A stretch of DNA of 32,000 bases from Desulfocapsa sulfexigens DSM 10523 (GTDB lineage Bacteria > Desulfobacterota > Desulfobulbia > Desulfobulbales > Desulfocapsaceae): NCBI RefSeq assembly GCF_000341395.1, contig NC_020304.1, forward strand, positions 3,540,001 through 3,572,000, written 5' to 3'. Positions 28,411-32,000 of the stretch are shown here, in pieces. Both the position numbers and the translations under genes were made by a program. Under the pieces are notes generated by a model. That model did not search any database. It was given only the letters and a program-made list of their open reading frames with translations, and was not told where the DNA came from. Numbering within the stretch: position 1 is the stretch's first letter; each line of letters begins with the position of its first letter.

Positions 28411-28793
28411 TATTTAACCCTTTTCAAAAAGGAGGCTTTACTCTTTGCAGTACTCTTTTCCTTTTGCTGAGGAGGTACTTGGAGTGGTTTCTCTATGGAT
28501 GGAACAAGATTCACAGCTTTTACAAAACGTTTTTCTCCACCCATGGTAAAAATTTCCTTTCCCGTCATCTGTGCCGTACGCAATGTCCAGGTGGTTTCCT
28601 GGGGGGGGACAGTCAAAAACGTCAAACTCAGATGCCACCATTCGTCCTTGCGTGTAGGATCACGCTCTATATCTGTAACGAGAGCATAGACAAGCATCTG
28701 TGGTTCTTTAGCCACAATAAGCACCAGATCACCAATATCAGTGCTTTCCTTAAAGGGGACGATCTGCTCTAATTCTGCAACAAGTTTTTCCAT
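28410..28793 (-). CDS. Hypothetical protein (127 aa)
   Basis: ORF abutting thiL on the same strand (1-nt overlap); VPFKESTDIGDLVLIVAKEPQMLVYALVTDIERD; no recognised family. Confidence 0.6.
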   Translation of the reverse strand: MEKLVAELEQIVPFKESTDIGDLVLIVAKEPQMLVYALVTDIERDPTRKDEWWHLSLTFLTVPPQETTWTLRTAQMTGKEIFTMGGEKRFVKAVNLVPSIEKPLQVPPQQKEKSTAKSKASFLKRVK

Positions 28794-28817
28794 ATTCTAT
28801 TCCATTTCAGGTATGAT

Positions 28818-30533
28818 TTACTGGACAATCGCAGTGCTGGATTCCAGAACAATGCTGTCTTTCGTTATAACTGAACGGGATCCGAGCTGATCATACATGG
28901 CAATTCCATCAAGCAATGGCAAAATAAGCTGGTTGACCATGATTTCAGCACTCCTTGCCAGTTCAGGACCTTGTATGGCAGCCATACTGCCTCCCCACAC
29001 AGCTAGATCTTTCAGGGCATTAGCCAGTTTTGCTATGTGAATATACGCTGCCGAATTGTTCTCCTTAAGTAACCCCTGTCCAACCTCTTTCATTGCAGCA
29101 CTGCTGATAAGGCCCTTAGCATTATCACCTCGAAGCTCTACAATTTTTTCTATAAGGTCAACAGAATTAGAAATCAGCAGATAGTTTCCAATAAGGGTAA
29201 AAGCTGGCTGTAAGCCACCCTGAGGTGCCTCTCCCCAGAAGGAGATATCATGTTTCTTATACTGTTTTATGCTTACCGGGATATCTGCATTACGCAACAG
29301 GATAGTAAACACCTCTATAAATTTAACGGGTTTTTTGAGCTGGACAACCATAGTTGCCTTCGGCAAGGGGATCCCTTCACGATCAACGTCATCAACGATC
29401 ATGGCAAACTCGTTGTCTACCATATCAAGCAGTTCTTCGAGTTCCACCCCCGCACTGTCGCGTAACTCATGACGCAGTATATCGAATGCTTCAGGTTGTT
29501 GCCGGGTAGTCCTGGAAGAATACAACTCCCAGATAAGTGGAAGATTCAAGGTATTGGTCCAATAATAAAAAAGTGAGTCATCGGGAACTAGTTGAAGCGT
29601 CTTATTTTTACCGGGTTTGATCTCACACAACCGGGCAATCCTGCTGTCGAGCTTACTCTTGTCGTAGAGAATTTCAGTCCTGTCCATAACCTGAGTTTTT
29701 TCGTTCCAGATACCATAAGCTGCGGCTCCCCAACCATCCCATTCATCAAGTAGAGCAAAAAACTCAGCCCTCTCTTTTTCGGCCAGATCTTCACCGATCA
29801 TTCGCCCCTGAGCTAACAGTGCTGGAAATGAGAGATAGGTAAAAATTTCAGTTCCCTTGAAGTTTTTCCGTAATCTCATAAAATCTTTATTACGACTAAG
29901 AGTATCCTTCTTAGTATCATAATGATCGAGGCTTTTACGTACCAAACGTTCTTCAAACCCTGCAATTACAAGACCTTCAACGGAAACGGCCGACAAAGTA
30001 TTCACCTCATCAATCTGGTATCTTGTTATGATGTGGGGACCATATTGAACGCTACTCTGTTCGATATCTCTACTGAGAAAAGGAGCAAGCATCTGCAGCA
30101 TTTTCACATTATGACGAGGTCTGGCAATAAGCAGGAGGCGCTCTTCAATAGCCTTGGCCGGATTATCAGCCGAAAAAGACGTTGCCGGAAAAAACGCTAT
30201 TGAGAATTCCTTTCCAAGGAGTTCATTAAAGCCGGGGGCATCTAACACAGAACGCATCTTGATCCAGGATTCTTCCATTGTCAGAAGCGAGATTCCCGGT
30301 TCACCAAGCTCTGCGGCAATACCTTTGTAATCTATTCCAGCCAGAACCTGGCCCAACCGACTCTCCAAAAAATCCGTATACATACTGGTAAAATCCAACT
30401 GTTCCCCATAAAAAAGGACATCGGATGGCAGACAATCTGCGGCCTCGATAGTTTTATCCTGCTTTCCCACAAAAATAAAAAGCAGTCCCAGGCAACAGAC
30501 AATCAGGATTACAACAATTCCAACTTTTTTCAT
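28818..30533 (-). CDS. DUF3352-like single-TM/secreted protein
   Basis: 571 aa; N-terminal TM, 'ADCLPSDVLFYGEQLDF...' start and repeated alpha/beta layout typical of DUF3352; family call from recall. Confidence 0.55.
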   Translation of the reverse strand: MKKVGIVVILIVCCLGLLFIFVGKQDKTIEAADCLPSDVLFYGEQLDFTSMYTDFLESRLGQVLAGIDYKGIAAELGEPGISLLTMEESWIKMRSVLDAPGFNELLGKEFSIAFFPATSFSADNPAKAIEERLLLIARPRHNVKMLQMLAPFLSRDIEQSSVQYGPHIITRYQIDEVNTLSAVSVEGLVIAGFEERLVRKSLDHYDTKKDTLSRNKDFMRLRKNFKGTEIFTYLSFPALLAQGRMIGEDLAEKERAEFFALLDEWDGWGAAAYGIWNEKTQVMDRTEILYDKSKLDSRIARLCEIKPGKNKTLQLVPDDSLFYYWTNTLNLPLIWELYSSRTTRQQPEAFDILRHELRDSAGVELEELLDMVDNEFAMIVDDVDREGIPLPKATMVVQLKKPVKFIEVFTILLRNADIPVSIKQYKKHDISFWGEAPQGGLQPAFTLIGNYLLISNSVDLIEKIVELRGDNAKGLISSAAMKEVGQGLLKENNSAAYIHIAKLANALKDLAVWGGSMAAIQGPELARSAEIMVNQLILPLLDGIAMYDQLGSRSVITKDSIVLESSTAIVQ

Positions 30534-30551
30534 ATTTACATTCTCTTGAAG

Positions 30552-31601
30552 TTAGGACTTTTCAGGCAACACATTAATTCTTTGATACCGTTCCTTAATA
30601 GTTAACCAGACACTTTCCTGACGTAAAAACGAATCAACAACATCAGGATCAAGATGTTCTCCCCGTTCCTGAGTGATAATACTCTTTACCTTCTCATGGG
30701 AAAAAGCTTCTTTGTAACATCGCTCACTGGTCATGGCATCATAAATATCAGCAAGGGCCATTATTCGTGCACCAAGAGGAATTGCATCCCCCTTCAAGCC
30801 CTCAGGGTACCCTTTTCCATTAAACTTTTCATGGTGATACATGGCAATATCACTGGCGGTTTTCAGATAATGGGATCCCGTTTTTGCAAAAATATCAAGG
30901 AGCATCCTTCCACCAATAACAGAGTGTTCTTTCATTATTTCAAACTCTTCACTGGTAAGCTTCCCTGGCTTATGAAGAATATTATCTGGAATTGCTACCT
31001 TCCCGATATCATGCAGAGGAGTAACCTGGGCAATTTCTTCAACAAAAGATGGTGTTAAATGAAATTTCTTACAATTTTCAAGAAGGTCATGGCCCAATAA
31101 CGCAGCATAACGCTGTACTTTCTCAAGGTGGTATCCGGTTTCCTCGCTTCTATATTCAGAAAGCCTGGCCATGGCGAGAATAAGCTCATCCTGGCTCTCC
31201 AGACGCAGGAGACGAATGCCACTCTTAATCCGTAGCTGTAGTTCCTCATTGAAGGCGGGTTTTGTGAGGAAATCATCTGCACCATCGTTCAAGGCTGCAA
31301 CGACGGAATGTTGCGCCTCATGTGAAGTTAGAACAATGATATAGGTATATTTTGTCTGCTCCTGACGGACCCTTCGAATCAACTCAAAACCATCCATAAA
31401 TGGCATATCAAGGTCAGTAACCACAAGCCGGATGTCCGGATTTTCTCTAAACAGCTTCAGTGCCTCAACACCGTTACAGGCTGTAATCACTTCATAACCC
31501 TGCTGTTCCACAAGCATTCTGATCAGCATCAACTGAGCCGAATCATCATCAACAATAAGGATAGAAAGCTTCCGGGTTTGCAACATACTCTTATCAATCA
31601 T
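30552..31601 (-). CDS. Response regulator with HD-GYP output domain (c-di-GMP phosphodiesterase)
   Basis: REC: LIVDDDSAQLMLIRML...VVTDLDMPFMDG...LTSHE..DDFLTKP; HD-GYP: PLHDIGKVAIPDNILHKPG ... HHEKFNGKGYPEGL. Start placed at ATG 31601 (MIDKSML); the ORF track extends to a TTG at 31619. Confidence 0.93.
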   Translation of the reverse strand: MIDKSMLQTRKLSILIVDDDSAQLMLIRMLVEQQGYEVITACNGVEALKLFRENPDIRLVVTDLDMPFMDGFELIRRVRQEQTKYTYIIVLTSHEAQHSVVAALNDGADDFLTKPAFNEELQLRIKSGIRLLRLESQDELILAMARLSEYRSEETGYHLEKVQRYAALLGHDLLENCKKFHLTPSFVEEIAQVTPLHDIGKVAIPDNILHKPGKLTSEEFEIMKEHSVIGGRMLLDIFAKTGSHYLKTASDIAMYHHEKFNGKGYPEGLKGDAIPLGARIMALADIYDAMTSERCYKEAFSHEKVKSIITQERGEHLDPDVVDSFLRQESVWLTIKERYQRINVLPEKS

Positions 31602-32000
31602 TGTGGCCCCCATTCTCAATCAATGCTTGAAGGGATTCGGTCAACTGGCGAAAAAGAGATGCATACTCACGAATATCACTTTTCTTTGCAGAAATATGGA
31701 GCATTCTTGCCAGTTCTATCTGTGTTACAAGTCCTAATCCCATCAGCGTTCCCTTTATTTTATGCGCAATGGATTCCAGTATAACGATTTGATTCAGTGC
31801 AAGAGCCTGAGATGCCTCCTGAATGGATAATTTCAGTGATCGAACCGACTCATCCAGCAGTTCCGTAAGCTGCTTTTCCTCCAGTGGATAGACCGACCGA
31901 AGGTGCTCCCAAGCTATTTTTCGTAAATCTTCTCCATTCGCTTCCTGTTTTTCTCCTGAACTTCCTGCCTCCTGAAATCCATCCTGAGAGTCAACAGTAA
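31594..32000 (-). CDS. Histidine phosphotransfer (Hpt)-domain containing protein, 5' truncated by window edge
   Basis: Open frame read from the window end: ...WEHLRSVYPLEEKQLTELLDESVRSLKLSIQEASQALALNQIVILESIAHKIKGTLMGLGLVTQIELARMLHISAKK...IENGGHND*; AHKIKG matches the Hpt His motif. Missing from the ORF track. Confidence 0.8.
   Translation of the reverse strand, partial: TVDSQDGFQEAGSSGEKQEANGEDLRKIAWEHLRSVYPLEEKQLTELLDESVRSLKLSIQEASQALALNQIVILESIAHKIKGTLMGLGLVTQIELARMLHISAKKSDIREYASLFRQLTESLQALIENGGHND

Noticed and set aside
1-32000. Search for defence island, prophage, transposase, CRISPR array or rRNA/tRNA genes
   Set aside because: No recognisable integrase, transposase, nuclease/helicase defence cassette, repeat-spacer pattern, or RNA gene was seen by eye; a tRNAscan/Infernal run would be needed to exclude small RNAs.

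Overview
This 32 kb window looks like ordinary chromosomal sequence from an anaerobic Desulfobulbales/deltaproteobacterial-like organism. The lineage is an inference from gene content, not from a marker gene. It is almost fully coding. Main blocks: (i) a partial DUF4126-like protein, an orphan membrane histidine kinase overlapping a large DUF6909-like protein, and a cold-shock protein with a clear terminator; (ii) a central-metabolism block with gpmI, aroK, a DUF3524/tRNA-queuosine mannosyltransferase-like glycosyltransferase, a YkgJ-like Cys-cluster protein, a PpsR-like kinase/pyrophosphorylase, a YchJ-like SEC-C protein, and a divergent GlpX-like protein next to a class III fructose-1,6-bisphosphatase; (iii) a secreted OB-fold-like protein, a DsrE-like protein and a periplasmic triheme c-type cytochrome; (iv) a run of signalling genes (GAF-like/HATPase kinase, ferredoxin, UspA, PAS kinase, PAS-GGDEF overlapping HD-GYP), then a putatively exported NifX-like protein and a ClC-CBS channel; (v) two small hydrophobic proteins with their own terminator, a metallo-beta-lactamase-fold lactonase-like protein, an alpha/beta hydrolase, a PBP-like lipoprotein, dCMP deaminase, thiL, a DUF3352-like protein and an Hpt / receiver-HD-GYP pair. 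I found no CRISPR array, rRNA, recognisable tRNA, prophage, transposon or canonical defence island. The best leads are the GlpX-like protein that has lost expected metal-site motifs, the lactonase-like protein lacking the usual bridging Asp, the DUF6909/kinase pair, the exported NifX-like protein, and the two related-looking tiny membrane proteins.
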